Below are positions 9,606 through 19,043 of a DNA stretch of 47,257 nucleotides, piece after piece. This stretch comes from an uncultured Acetobacteraceae bacterium (GTDB taxonomy: Bacteria; Pseudomonadota; Alphaproteobacteria; Acetobacterales; Acetobacteraceae): contig CAXTOC010000001.1 in assembly GCA_964245725.1 (NCBI GenBank), positions 1-47,257 of the forward strand, read 5' to 3'. Each line of letters starts with the position of its first letter. Position 1 is the first letter of the stretch. The notes under the pieces were generated by a model that made no database searches, had not been told where the DNA came from, and saw only the letters and a list, made by a program, of their open reading frames with translations. Both the position numbers and the translations under genes were made by a program.

Positions 9606-10616
9606 GTGGCTAAGCCGAAGGACGTCCAACATCATCGTCATGTCAAACTCGACGTGGATGGGAACGATAACGGCATAAGGACGCGCGTCGCCTGGCTCTA
9701 CTACATGGAAGGTCTGACCCAGGACGCCATCGCGGAGAAGCTGGGGATCAGCCGCCTTCGCGTCCTGAAGATGCTCGCGACGTGCAGGCAGGACGGAACC
9801 GTGCAGATCCGCGTGACGTCCAAGCTCGTCTCCTGTGTCTCCCTGGAACGTCAGCTCGAGGCCAGTTTCGGCGTCGATCAGGTCATCGTCATCCCCTCTC
9901 CGGAGGCGGAGGAGAAGCTTCCGGCCCTGCTCGGAGCGACGATCGGTGCCTACCTGAACGACACCCTGCGAAATGGCATGCGTGTTGGATTGGGCTGGGG
10001 CAACACCCTGCGGCACAGCCTCACCAGCATCGCGCAGAGGTCGCTGCAGGAGTTGAGCGTCGTCTCCATGCTCGGCGGCCTCACCCGCGCCGCCGGCGTC
10101 AACCCCTCGGAGTTCGCCTGGCGGTTCGCCGACATGTTCGGCGCCGACTGCTACATGATGGCCGCCCCGGTCTACGCGCCGGACGAGGCCACCCACGCGG
10201 CCCTGCTCGCGCATCCCGGGATCGAGGAGGTCTTCAGGCTGGCCCGGCGGATCGACCTCGCCCTGGTGAGCGTCGGGAACCTGTCGCCGAGCTCGACGAT
10301 CGCGCGCCTGGATCTCATCCCGCTCGACGAGCTGGAGCAGCTGCGTCGCGCCGGCGCGGTCGCGGACGTGCTCTGCCGCTTCGTCAACGGCGCCGGCAAG
10401 GTGATCGACCATCCCCTCAACCGCCGTGTCGTCGCAGTCGACCCGGTCCAGTTGCGACACACGCCCAAGCTGGTGCTTGCCTCCGGAGGGTGGAGCAAGG
10501 TGCAGGCCATGCTGGCAGCGATCCGGTTGCTCAACCCAAGCGTGCTGATCACCGACGAGCACGCGGCGCAGGGGCTGCTGGCGATGCTCCCGCTCGCCGA
10601 GCTCGAGGTCGGCTAG
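9606..10616 (+). CDS. SorC/DeoR/LsrR-family sugar-phosphate-binding transcriptional regulator
   Basis: N-terminal HTH (VAWLYYMEGLTQDAIAEKLGISR), GLGWGNTL, C-terminal sugar-binding domain ending LITDE. Confidence 0.92.
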   Translation: MAKPKDVQHHRHVKLDVDGNDNGIRTRVAWLYYMEGLTQDAIAEKLGISRLRVLKMLATCRQDGTVQIRVTSKLVSCVSLERQLEASFGVDQVIVIPSPEAEEKLPALLGATIGAYLNDTLRNGMRVGLGWGNTLRHSLTSIAQRSLQELSVVSMLGGLTRAAGVNPSEFAWRFADMFGADCYMMAAPVYAPDEATHAALLAHPGIEEVFRLARRIDLALVSVGNLSPSSTIARLDLIPLDELEQLRRAGAVADVLCRFVNGAGKVIDHPLNRRVVAVDPVQLRHTPKLVLASGGWSKVQAMLAAIRLLNPSVLITDEHAAQGLLAMLPLAELEVG

Positions 10617-10688
10617 CAGGCTGCCGAAGAAGCAAGCCAAGGGCTCCGCCCTTGACCCGCTGGGGTCACAGGCCCCAGATCCCATCCC

Positions 10689-12659
10689 CTAGGCGGCGTG
10701 GCTGCCCGCGCCGAACTCGGTGATCGCCTTCTTCGCGCGCGCGATGAGCGAGGGGCTCATGCTGAGCTCCGTGACCCCCCAGGACAGCAGCTTCGGTATC
10801 AGGGTCGGATCCCCCGCCGCCTCGCCGCAGACGCCGACCCAGATGCCCCCGTCGCGCGCTCCCCTGCAGGCGAGCTCGATCATGCGCAGCACGGCCGGGT
10901 GATCGGCACGGTTGAGCCGCGCCAGCCTCGCATTGGTTCGATCGGCCGCCATGGTGTACTGGGTCAGGTCGTTGGTGCCGATCGAGAAGAAATCCACCTG
11001 CCCGGCCAGTTCGCGAGCACAGAGTGCGGCAGCCGGGGTCTCGATCATGATGCCGAGCTCGACCGGCCCGGTCTCCTGCCCGTCCGCCTCCAACGCGCGC
11101 CGACACTCCTGCAGCCGCGCCTTCGCCGCGACCACCTCCGCCACGTCGCTGATCATCGGAAACATCACCCGAAGCCGGCCGTGGACGGCAGCCCGCAGCA
11201 GGGCGCGGAGTTGCGGATCGAACAGATCCGGACGGTCGAGGCACATGCGTATGCCACGCCAGCCGAGGAAGGGGTTGGCCTCGGGCTCGTTCTTCATGCC
11301 CGGCAGAGGCTTGTCGCCGCCGATGTCGAGCGTCCGGATCAGCACCGGGTTCGGCGCGAAGGCGGCCAGCACGCGGGAGTAGATACGGAGCTGCTCCTGC
11401 TCGGTCGGAAGTGCGGCGCCGCGCATGAACATGAACTCGGTCCGGAACAGGCCCACCCCCATCGCACCGGATCGCAGCGCGATCTCGACCTCGGCCGCCG
11501 AGCCGATGTTGGCCGCGACCTCGATCAGCGTGCCGTCCCGGGTGCGGGGCTCGACATGCGCGAACGACTCCGTCTCCCGCCGCGCCTCGAGCGCCGCGGC
11601 GAGACGCGCACGATACTCCGCCCGCAGCGCGTCGTCGGGATTGAGGATGGCGATACCCTCGGTGCCGTCGAGGATGATCGTCCTGGCCTCGCGAAGCTCG
11701 GCTTCCGACGCCTGAGCCCCGACGACCGCGGGGAACCCTAGCGCTCTGGCGATGATCGCGACATGCGAGGTCGCACCCCCCTCGGTGGTCAGCAGGCCGG
11801 TGACCAGGCGGGTCGGCAGCCGGGCGAGATCGAGCGCCGAGAGATGTCCGGCGACGAGCACGGAGGGCTCCGACAGCTCCCCGAGATCGATCCCGCTCCG
11901 TCCCAGCAGGATCCCCGCGATCTGCCGGGCGATGCCGCGCACGTCGTCCGCCCGGGTGCGGAAATAGGCGTCGTCGATCCCGGCGAAACGGTCGGCGAGT
12001 TCCGCGCCGACCTGCATCGTCGCCGATGCCGCATCCTGACCTGCCGCGATGCGTTGCTCGATCGGACTGAGCAGCTCGACGTCCTGCGCGAGCTCCTTGA
12101 TCGCCGCGAAGACTTGCGCCTCGGTCGTCTCGCTCGCGTCCGAGTCGCGCTCTCTCGCGCGTGCGGCATCGAGGGTGGCACAGACCTGCAGCACGGCGGC
12201 GCGGAAGCGTTGCGTCTCGGGCTCGACCTCCCCCTCGTCGAGACGCCTCGGCCGCGGGAGGCCGTGATCCGGCAGGTAGACGAAGGCGCGGCCGACGGCG
12301 ATCCCCTCGTTGCCTGAAACCCCGGCGAGGCGCACCGGGCCGCCGGCCGCATCCGGCTGCGTCGCGTCCGGCGGCGCTGCGTCGGCGTCCGCCGATGCTT
12401 CGGCACGTCCCGAGACGTAGGCGATGATCTCGGCGATTGCCGCGCCGGCATCGTCGCCCTCGGCGCGGATCCGCACGCGGTCTCCTTGCTTGACCGTCAT
12501 GAGCATGATCTTGACGGTGCTCTTCGCGTTCGCCGCCTTCTCGCCCTTGAAGATCTCGATGTTCGACTGGAAGCTCTTGGCGAGCTGGGCCAGACGGGCG
12601 GCCGGACGGGCATGCAACCCTTCCTCCAGCGCCACGATCGCATGATGCTCCAGGAACAT
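10689..12659 (-). CDS. HPr-Enzyme I fusion (multiphosphoryl transfer protein) of the PTS
   Basis: HPr GLHARPAA and NAKS; EI GGATSHVAI (phospho-His), GLFRTEF, RTLDIGGDK, NPFLGWRGIR, MIETP, SIGTNDLTQY, VCGE; GGGAGG RBS before ATG 12659. Confidence 0.93.
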   Translation of the reverse strand: MFLEHHAIVALEEGLHARPAARLAQLAKSFQSNIEIFKGEKAANAKSTVKIMLMTVKQGDRVRIRAEGDDAGAAIAEIIAYVSGRAEASADADAAPPDATQPDAAGGPVRLAGVSGNEGIAVGRAFVYLPDHGLPRPRRLDEGEVEPETQRFRAAVLQVCATLDAARARERDSDASETTEAQVFAAIKELAQDVELLSPIEQRIAAGQDAASATMQVGAELADRFAGIDDAYFRTRADDVRGIARQIAGILLGRSGIDLGELSEPSVLVAGHLSALDLARLPTRLVTGLLTTEGGATSHVAIIARALGFPAVVGAQASEAELREARTIILDGTEGIAILNPDDALRAEYRARLAAALEARRETESFAHVEPRTRDGTLIEVAANIGSAAEVEIALRSGAMGVGLFRTEFMFMRGAALPTEQEQLRIYSRVLAAFAPNPVLIRTLDIGGDKPLPGMKNEPEANPFLGWRGIRMCLDRPDLFDPQLRALLRAAVHGRLRVMFPMISDVAEVVAAKARLQECRRALEADGQETGPVELGIMIETPAAALCARELAGQVDFFSIGTNDLTQYTMAADRTNARLARLNRADHPAVLRMIELACRGARDGGIWVGVCGEAAGDPTLIPKLLSWGVTELSMSPSLIARAKKAITEFGAGSHAA

Positions 12660-12704
12660 GGTCGCCCTCCCGTGGTTCATGGCCACCCAGTTCGGCGGTC
12701 CGGG

Positions 12705-13088
12705 TCAGCCCGCGCCGAGCAGCTCGATCGTCGCGCCCGGTCGCAGGAGCGGACGGAGACGATCCGCGGTAGCCGTCTCGACGCAGATCTCGCCCGGACG
12801 CTCCGCCATCGCCGCGCCGTTGAACGAGAACACGACGTGGCCGAGCTCCGAGACCTTCTGCCAGGCGGTGTCGCCGACGGCGGTGATGCGGAAGAGCTGC
12901 CCGTCGATGCGCAGCGCGTCGCCGGCGACGGGCGCCGACGCGTCGGCGTGATCGGCTTCGTGCAGGATCGACACCTCGGCAAGCTCGGGCGGCGCGCCGA
13001 GCGCGAACAGGATCAAGACCCCCTGGTCGAGCAGCTCCGGCGCTTCGGTGCCGATCTCGCGTATCGTGGTGCGGTAGAGAGTGACCAT
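12705..13088 (-). CDS. srlB: PTS glucitol/sorbitol-family EIIA
   Basis: YRTTIREIG, LILF…APPELAE, ITAVGDTAWQKVSELGHVVFSFNG match the GutB/SrlB family. Confidence 0.88.
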   Translation of the reverse strand: MVTLYRTTIREIGTEAPELLDQGVLILFALGAPPELAEVSILHEADHADASAPVAGDALRIDGQLFRITAVGDTAWQKVSELGHVVFSFNGAAMAERPGEICVETATADRLRPLLRPGATIELLGAG

Positions 13089-13201
13089 GTGATGCGTCCT
13101 CAGTCGCCTCGAGCCTGGCTGGCGCACGATCGGCTCGATCAGGCCCTCCTCGTCGGACGATGCCGAAGCGATAAGATCCTGCGCCGCCGACCGAGGATGG
13201 C

Positions 13202-14242
13202 TCAGTAGAGGCCGAAGCTGAACAGCCACGCGATCACGACGGCGATCGGCCCGGTGACCTGTCGGCTGATCAGGATGGCCGGAACGCCGATCTTTATGGT
13301 GTTCTGCTTCGCCTCGCCCAGCGCCAGGCCCACCGGCACGAAGTCGCAGCCGACCTGGGTGTCGAAGGCGAACAGCGCCGGGAGGGCGAACTGCGGCGCG
13401 ATCGTGCCGTTGCCGATCTGCTGGCCGATCAGCACGCCGATGACCTGCGCGATGACCGCGCCCGGACCCAGCACCGGCGAGAGGAACGGCAGGCCGCAGA
13501 TCGCCGACAGCAGCAGCAGGCCGATCAGGTTGCCGCCGAGCGGCGTCAGGATGTGGGCGATGATCGAGCCCAGGCCGGTGGCGTTGATGACGCCGATGAG
13601 CATGCAGACGAAAGCCATGAACGGCAGGATGTTGCGGATCACCTGGTCGATGGCGCGGCGTCCGCTCTGGAACAGCACGTTGACCACGCCGCCCATGGCG
13701 CGGCCGATGTTGGCGATCAGGCCGGTGAAGCCGCCGTCGGTCTCGGCCGGCGGTGCGGCAGCCTTGGTCACGAACGGCGTCGCCGGACCTGAGGCGACCG
13801 CCGCGGGCGCGGTCGTGTCGGCCGCCGCCGCGTCGCCGTCGAGTGGGATCAGGTTCTCGGGCTTGACTCCGGAGACGTAGACGTCCTCGGTGATGAACTG
13901 CGCCAGCGGCCCGGACTGCCCGACCGAGGTCAGGTTGATCGTCGGCAGGCGCTTGCGCGGATAGACCCCGCAGCGCGCGGTGCCGCCGCAATCGATGACG
14001 ACGGCGGCGATCTCGCTCTCGAGCGGTGGCGAGCGGAAGCCGTCGATCGCGGTGGCGCCGGTCAGCTCGGCGAGCCGACGCGCCACCGGCGGAATGCCGC
14101 CGCCGGTGACGGCCACGATCTTGTCGCGCTGCTCGGTGGGCTGGATCACCAGCGGCCCGCCCCAGCCCTGTCCGCCTCGCTCGACGCGCACCGCCCTGAA
14201 CTGGCCCGCGCGCGATCCGGTCGCTACCTGATCCATCGCCAT
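13202..14242 (-). CDS. srlE: PTS glucitol/sorbitol-family EIIBC
   Basis: [68 protein letters not shown]. Confidence 0.92.
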   Translation of the reverse strand: MAMDQVATGSRAGQFRAVRVERGGQGWGGPLVIQPTEQRDKIVAVTGGGIPPVARRLAELTGATAIDGFRSPPLESEIAAVVIDCGGTARCGVYPRKRLPTINLTSVGQSGPLAQFITEDVYVSGVKPENLIPLDGDAAAADTTAPAAVASGPATPFVTKAAAPPAETDGGFTGLIANIGRAMGGVVNVLFQSGRRAIDQVIRNILPFMAFVCMLIGVINATGLGSIIAHILTPLGGNLIGLLLLSAICGLPFLSPVLGPGAVIAQVIGVLIGQQIGNGTIAPQFALPALFAFDTQVGCDFVPVGLALGEAKQNTIKIGVPAILISRQVTGPIAVVIAWLFSFGLY

Positions 14243-14315
14243 CCCCGATCTCAACCGGCGTTGCTGCACCGTGTTATGTGATCCCGCCGGCGAGGCGCCG
14301 GCGACATGTCCGCCG

Positions 14316-14843
14316 CTAGAGGGCCACGCCCTGGCGGCGGGCGAAGAACATCGTGATCCGCTCGGTGACAATGCCGCGCAACAGGATGACCACCAAGCCG
14401 GCGATGAAGTAACGCACCGCGAGCGGTCCGAGCGGAAGATGCAGGCGAGTCAGCCCGTGGGCGACGCCGAGCCAGACGAACAGCTCGCTGGAGTTGCCGT
14501 GCGGGAACAGGCCGGTGATCGGGTGGCAGAAGGACACCGCGGAGTCGTAGAAGGCCGGCTTGTGCTTCTCCTCGATGAAGACGCCGAACGTGTAGGCCAT
14601 CGGGTTGGTGAGGAAGAACATCGCCAGCACCGGAAGCACGGTGTAGCGGGTGATCGCGTAGCGGCCGGCGAAGCGCGCGAGGTTATGGACGCGCTGCTCG
14701 CCGATCATCTCGATCAGCGCATACACCGCCGTCAGCAGCACGATCAGCGTCGGCAGGATGCCGGTGACGAAGGCGACGAAGGTCTTGCCGCCCTCGTTGA
14801 ACACGCCGATGAACGCTTCGGCGAAGTGTGAAAGCATGAGCAT
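14316..14843 (-). CDS. srlA: PTS glucitol/sorbitol-family EIIC
   Basis: GGKTF…[48 protein letters not shown]. Confidence 0.92.
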   Translation of the reverse strand: MLMLSHFAEAFIGVFNEGGKTFVAFVTGILPTLIVLLTAVYALIEMIGEQRVHNLARFAGRYAITRYTVLPVLAMFFLTNPMAYTFGVFIEEKHKPAFYDSAVSFCHPITGLFPHGNSSELFVWLGVAHGLTRLHLPLGPLAVRYFIAGLVVILLRGIVTERITMFFARRQGVAL

Positions 14844-14917
14844 CTGTTCCCCCCTTCTGTCCCATGACGTTCAACCTGCAGCGGGCCTGCAGCCTCGAGT
14901 GACGATGACCCGCCGGT

Positions 14918-15346
14918 TCAGCCGGGCAGCGCTACCGGTGAGGAGGCGCTCGACGCCGCCCTCTCGGCGATGATCCTGTCGACCTGCTCGACGGCGCGCC
15001 GGAACGCCTCGGCCAGACGCACGTCCCGCGGCCGGAACACCGACCCGGTCCGGAACTGCGCGATATCGACGCCGACCAGGGCCGGCAGAGGCTTGAACTT
15101 GGCCCAGACGGTGCGTCCCTGCATCGCCAGAGCCTGCCGCACCGCCCCCGACGGAGACACCACCAGTATCGTGATCGCGCCGCGCCCGAAGCGCGCGCGG
15201 GCGCTGCCGGTGCCGACGTAGCCGTCCTGCCACTGGGCGGAGAGCCGGTCGAGAACCGACCGGTAATGTCGCATCTGCAGCACCGTGCCGGCGATCTGCA
15301 GGGCCCAGCAGAGACCGAACAGCAGCAGGCCAGTTCCCCAACTCAT
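14918..15346 (-). CDS. gutM: GutM-family (glucitol operon activator-like) protein
   Basis: N-terminal TM with WALQ…QMRHY, G.VGTG…G, and MQG.TVWAKF; first gene of the PTS operon. Confidence 0.8.
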   Translation of the reverse strand: MSWGTGLLLFGLCWALQIAGTVLQMRHYRSVLDRLSAQWQDGYVGTGSARARFGRGAITILVVSPSGAVRQALAMQGRTVWAKFKPLPALVGVDIAQFRTGSVFRPRDVRLAEAFRRAVEQVDRIIAERAASSASSPVALPG

Positions 15347-15649
15347 GGCCGAGATCCTCAGGTTCGCTGCGGCGAAGTGCGTTGCATGCTGGACCGACGA
15401 ACCAAAACATTTATGTCAGTTTACGTCAAGATGTATGAGCTAAAAATAATGCAGCCTCGCTGATTGCCGCACCCGCTCGCAAAAGATTTTGTGCAATGCC
15501 ACAAATCGTCCGCGTTGGGCGCCCATGGCATCGCCAGAGCTGCGAGATCTCCCTTTACAAATGTCTCGCCGTATACATAAATGTGGCTCCCCCTGAGGCC
15601 TGCTCGATCCGCTCGCGTCGCGCACGGCGTTCCAAACAGGATTGGCATC
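15347..15649. promoter_or_regulatory. Divergent promoter region with inverted operator-like boxes
   Basis: AT-rich. ACATTTATGT (15407-15416) and its exact reverse complement ACATAAATGT (15575-15584); central TTTGTG-N6-CACAAA (15488-15505); -35-like TTGACG (minus, 15429-15424) and TTTACA (plus, 15554-15559). Confidence 0.6.
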
Positions 15650-16966
15650 ATGAGCATCCTCGTAGAGCTTGCGCGGCGTGCGGAAGAAGGGCGTCCGGTT
15701 CGCGTCGGGCTGATCGGCTGCGGCGAGATGGGCACCGACATCGTGACCCAGCTCTCGCTGATGCCGGGCATCGACCTCGCCGTGCTGGCGGAGATGCGCG
15801 TCGACATGGCCTGGACCGCCCTCGACATCGCGGGCATCCCCAGGACCTCGGCTCGGTCATGCTCCGGATCCGCGGATGCCGAGGACGCGATCCGTGGCGG
15901 CAAGATCGCGATCACGCAGGATGGCGCGGTCGCGTGCAGTGCGGCCCAGGTCGACGTCATCATCGACGCGACCGGGAACCCCGGCATCGGCGCCGAGCTC
16001 TCGTTGCAGGCGATGCGCCACGGCAAGCACGTGGTGATGATGAACGTCGAGGCGGACGTGACTGTCGGCGCCATGCTGGTTCGCGAGGCGCGTCGCGCCG
16101 GCGTGGGCTACTCGCTGGGCGCCGGCGATGAGCCGAGTGCGGCGATGGAGATCATCAACTTCGTCCGCAGCCTCGGCTATCCCATCGTCGCGGCAGGAAA
16201 GGGCAAGAACAATCCGCTTCGATACGACGCCAAGCCCGCGGAGTACGAGGAGGAAGCCCGGCTCCGGCACATGAACCCGCGCATGCTGGTCGAGTTCATC
16301 GACGGCTCCAAGACGATGATCGAGATGTGCGCGATCGCCAACGCGACCGGGCTGGTGCCGGACCGTCCTGGCATGCACGGCCCGGCGGCGTCGCCCGACC
16401 AGCTCTCCAGCATGCTGATCCCGGCCGCCGACGGTGGCCTGCTCTCGCGTTCCGGCGTGGTGGACTACTCCGTGGGCCGCGGCGTGGCTCCGGGGGTCTT
16501 CGTGGTGATCAAGGCGCCGCATCCGCGCGTGCACGAACGCCTTCGCGACCTCAACATGGGGGCGGGGCCGTACTTCACCTTCCTGCGTCCCTACCATCTG
16601 ACCAGCCTCGAGGTGCCGCTGACGGCGGCGTCGCTGGTGCTGCGCAACACGCCGCACATGCAGCCGCTCGACGAGCCGGTCGCGGAATGTGGCTGCGTGG
16701 CCAAGGAAGCGCTGGCTCCCGGGGTGACGCTGGGCAAGATCGGCGAGGATCACTACCGCGGCTGGATCACGACGGTGGCGGATGCCCGGGCAGGCGGGCT
16801 GCTGCCGATGGGCCTGGCCGAGCGGGCCGTCGTGAGCAAGCCAATCCGGATCGGTGAGATGCTCACCTACGACAACTGCCGGGTCGACGAGACGATGCAG
16901 ATCGTGCGGTTGCGCCGGGCTCAGGATGCATTGCTCGACGCCTCGCCGCAGCGGGTCGTCGCCTGA
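15650..16966 (+). CDS. Type II 1-deoxy-D-xylulose-5-phosphate reductoisomerase (DXR-II/DRL; homoserine-dehydrogenase-like Rossmann fold plus SAF domain)
   Basis: Colinear with Brucella DRL as I recall it: GLIG.GEMGTDIVTQ, VIIDATG, GKH.VMMNVEADVT, SLGAGDEPS, AGKGKNNPL, VEFIDGSKTM.EM, ANATGLVPD, RPYHLTSLEVPLT, C-terminal SAF (VAK…PG). Confidence 0.85.
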   Translation: MSILVELARRAEEGRPVRVGLIGCGEMGTDIVTQLSLMPGIDLAVLAEMRVDMAWTALDIAGIPRTSARSCSGSADAEDAIRGGKIAITQDGAVACSAAQVDVIIDATGNPGIGAELSLQAMRHGKHVVMMNVEADVTVGAMLVREARRAGVGYSLGAGDEPSAAMEIINFVRSLGYPIVAAGKGKNNPLRYDAKPAEYEEEARLRHMNPRMLVEFIDGSKTMIEMCAIANATGLVPDRPGMHGPAASPDQLSSMLIPAADGGLLSRSGVVDYSVGRGVAPGVFVVIKAPHPRVHERLRDLNMGAGPYFTFLRPYHLTSLEVPLTAASLVLRNTPHMQPLDEPVAECGCVAKEALAPGVTLGKIGEDHYRGWITTVADARAGGLLPMGLAERAVVSKPIRIGEMLTYDNCRVDETMQIVRLRRAQDALLDASPQRVVA

Positions 16967-17006
16967 GCGTGTGCGCCCAGGTGCATGGAGGCGGAGCATC
17001 GCGAGC

Positions 17007-18038
17007 ATGACGGTTCAGGCCAAGATCCCCGCCGAGCTGAAGACGACGATCTCCGGCGATCGTCCTGAGATCTACGATCGGCTCTCGACTGCGCAGCTGC
17101 GCGAGGCGCTGCGGCGCATGCACCTGATCCGCCAGTTCGAGGAGGGCGCCGAGCAGGCCTACATGCGGGGCTTCATCCACGGCACGATGCACCTCTCGAT
17201 TGGCCAGGAGGCGAGTGCGGTCGGCATCTGCGTCGCCCTGGCACCGCAGGACAAGATCACCTCGACGCATCGCGGCCACGGCCACTGCATCGGCAAGGGT
17301 GCGGATCCGAAGCTGATGTTCGCCGAGTTCTTCGGCAAGGAGAGCGGCTACTGCCGCGGCCGCGGCGGCTCGATGCACATCGCCGACGTGAGCCAGGGCA
17401 ATCTCGGCGCCAACGGCATCGTCGGCGGCGGCCTGCCGATCGCGGTCGGCGCCGCGCTGGCCATGCGCCAGCAGAAACGCGATGACGTCGTGGTCTGCTT
17501 CTTCGGCGACGGCGCCTCGAACGAGGGCGCCTTCCACGAGGCGCTGAACATGGCGGCGCTGTGGACGCTGCCGGTGGTGTTCGTGTGCGAGAACAACCGC
17601 TACGGCATGTCGACCTCGACCGAACGCTCGATGTCGGTGGCCAACGTCGCCGATCGAGGCGCTGCCTACAACATTCCCGCCCGCATCGTCGACGGCAACC
17701 GCTTCGCCGACGTGGCCGCGGCCTCGTTCGAGGCGGTCGAACGGGCGCGCGTCGGCGGCGGACCGTCGCTGATCGAGAGTAAGACCTATCGGATCCGCGG
17801 CCATTCGCGGAGCGACCGCAACCGCTATCGCAGCAAGGACGAGATCGAGGAGTGGTCGCAACGTGATCCGATCATCCAGTTCGAGGCCGAACTCACCGGC
17901 CTCGACATCCTGACCGCCGAGGAGCTGATCTCGATCCGCCGGCAGGTCGAGGCGGAGATCGCCGAGGGCATCGCCTTCGCCCAGGCGAGCCCGTCCCCCT
18001 TGGTCGCGGAGCTGCTCCGCGACGTCTACTCGGACTAG
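17007..18038 (+). CDS. TPP-dependent dehydrogenase E1 alpha subunit (AcoA/PdhA-like)
   Basis: [25 protein letters not shown] motif GDGASNEG…CENN, YRIRGHS. Confidence 0.93.
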   Translation: MTVQAKIPAELKTTISGDRPEIYDRLSTAQLREALRRMHLIRQFEEGAEQAYMRGFIHGTMHLSIGQEASAVGICVALAPQDKITSTHRGHGHCIGKGADPKLMFAEFFGKESGYCRGRGGSMHIADVSQGNLGANGIVGGGLPIAVGAALAMRQQKRDDVVVCFFGDGASNEGAFHEALNMAALWTLPVVFVCENNRYGMSTSTERSMSVANVADRGAAYNIPARIVDGNRFADVAAASFEAVERARVGGGPSLIESKTYRIRGHSRSDRNRYRSKDEIEEWSQRDPIIQFEAELTGLDILTAEELISIRRQVEAEIAEGIAFAQASPSPLVAELLRDVYSD

Positions 18039-18042
18039 CCGC

Positions 18043-19041
18043 ATGGACCAGGTGGCGCGCGAACTCAGCTACGCGCAGGCGCTGCAGGAGGCGATGGCGC
18101 AGGCCATGGAGGCCGACGACCGCGTGTTCCTGATGGGAGAGGATATCGGCGTCTATGGCGGCGCGTTCCAGGTCACCGGCAACCTGGTGGAGCGCTTCGG
18201 CGAGCACCGCGTCGTCGACACGCCGATCTCCGAGCTCGGTGCGGCCGGCGTCGCCGTCGGCGCGGCCCTGTGCGGCAGCCGGCCGATCCTCGAGTTCCAG
18301 TTCTCCGACTTCGCGACCCTGGCGATGGAGCAGATCGTCAACCAGGCCGCCAAGATCCGCTACATGCTCGGCGGCGCGGTATCGGTGCCCTTGGTGATGC
18401 GCTTTCCGGCCGGCTCCGGCACCGGTGCCGCGGCCCAGCACAGCCAGAGCCTCGAGGCGTGGTTCGCGCACGTCCCGGGGCTCAAGGTGATACAGCCTTC
18501 GACGCCGCATGACGCGAAGGGGATGCTGCTCAGCGCGATCGACGATCTGAACCCGGTGATGATCTTCGAGCACAAGCTGCTGTACAAGATGAAGGGCCAC
18601 GTGCCGGCGGAACCGTACCGCGTGCCGATCGGCCGCGCGGCGACGCGTCGGACCGGTCAGGATCTGACGATCGTGGCGAGCGCAATCATGGTGCATCGCG
18701 CGCTGGATGCGTCGGCCGCCCTCGCCGACGAGGGAATCGAGTGCGAGGTGATCGATCTGCGCAGCCTGCGGCCGCTCGACCGTGACGCCATCATCGAGAG
18801 CGTCTCGCGCACGACGCGCCTGCTCTGCGTCTACGAAGGGGTCAAGACGCTCGGTATCGGCGCCGAGATCAGCGCCATGATCGCCGAGAGCGAGGCCTTC
18901 GACCGCCTCGACGCGCCGATCGGCCGGCTTGGAGGCGCCGAGTGCCCGCTGCCCTACAACCCGGAGATGGAGCAGGCGGCGGTGCCGCAGGTCGACGACA
19001 TCGTCGGGAAGGCGCGCGCTCTGGTGCGCGGCCGGCACTGA
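18043..19041 (+). CDS. TPP-dependent dehydrogenase E1 beta subunit (AcoB/PdhB-like)
   Basis: [41 protein letters not shown]. Confidence 0.93.
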   Translation: MDQVARELSYAQALQEAMAQAMEADDRVFLMGEDIGVYGGAFQVTGNLVERFGEHRVVDTPISELGAAGVAVGAALCGSRPILEFQFSDFATLAMEQIVNQAAKIRYMLGGAVSVPLVMRFPAGSGTGAAAQHSQSLEAWFAHVPGLKVIQPSTPHDAKGMLLSAIDDLNPVMIFEHKLLYKMKGHVPAEPYRVPIGRAATRRTGQDLTIVASAIMVHRALDASAALADEGIECEVIDLRSLRPLDRDAIIESVSRTTRLLCVYEGVKTLGIGAEISAMIAESEAFDRLDAPIGRLGGAECPLPYNPEMEQAAVPQVDDIVGKARALVRGRH

Positions 19042-19043
19042 GC

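Noticed and set aside
12705-13991. 428-aa ORF suggesting a long EIIA fusion
   Set aside because: Only the last 127 aa are EIIA; the extension overlaps the EIIBC gene in another frame
15488-15505. CRP/FNR site
   Set aside because: TGTG-N6-CACA is 2 bp shorter than the CRP spacing (TGTGA-N6-TCACA); kept only as an unassigned palindrome
15650-16966. Homoserine dehydrogenase annotation
   Set aside because: Motifs and the SAF domain match the DXR-II/DRL family, and there is no amino-acid biosynthesis context
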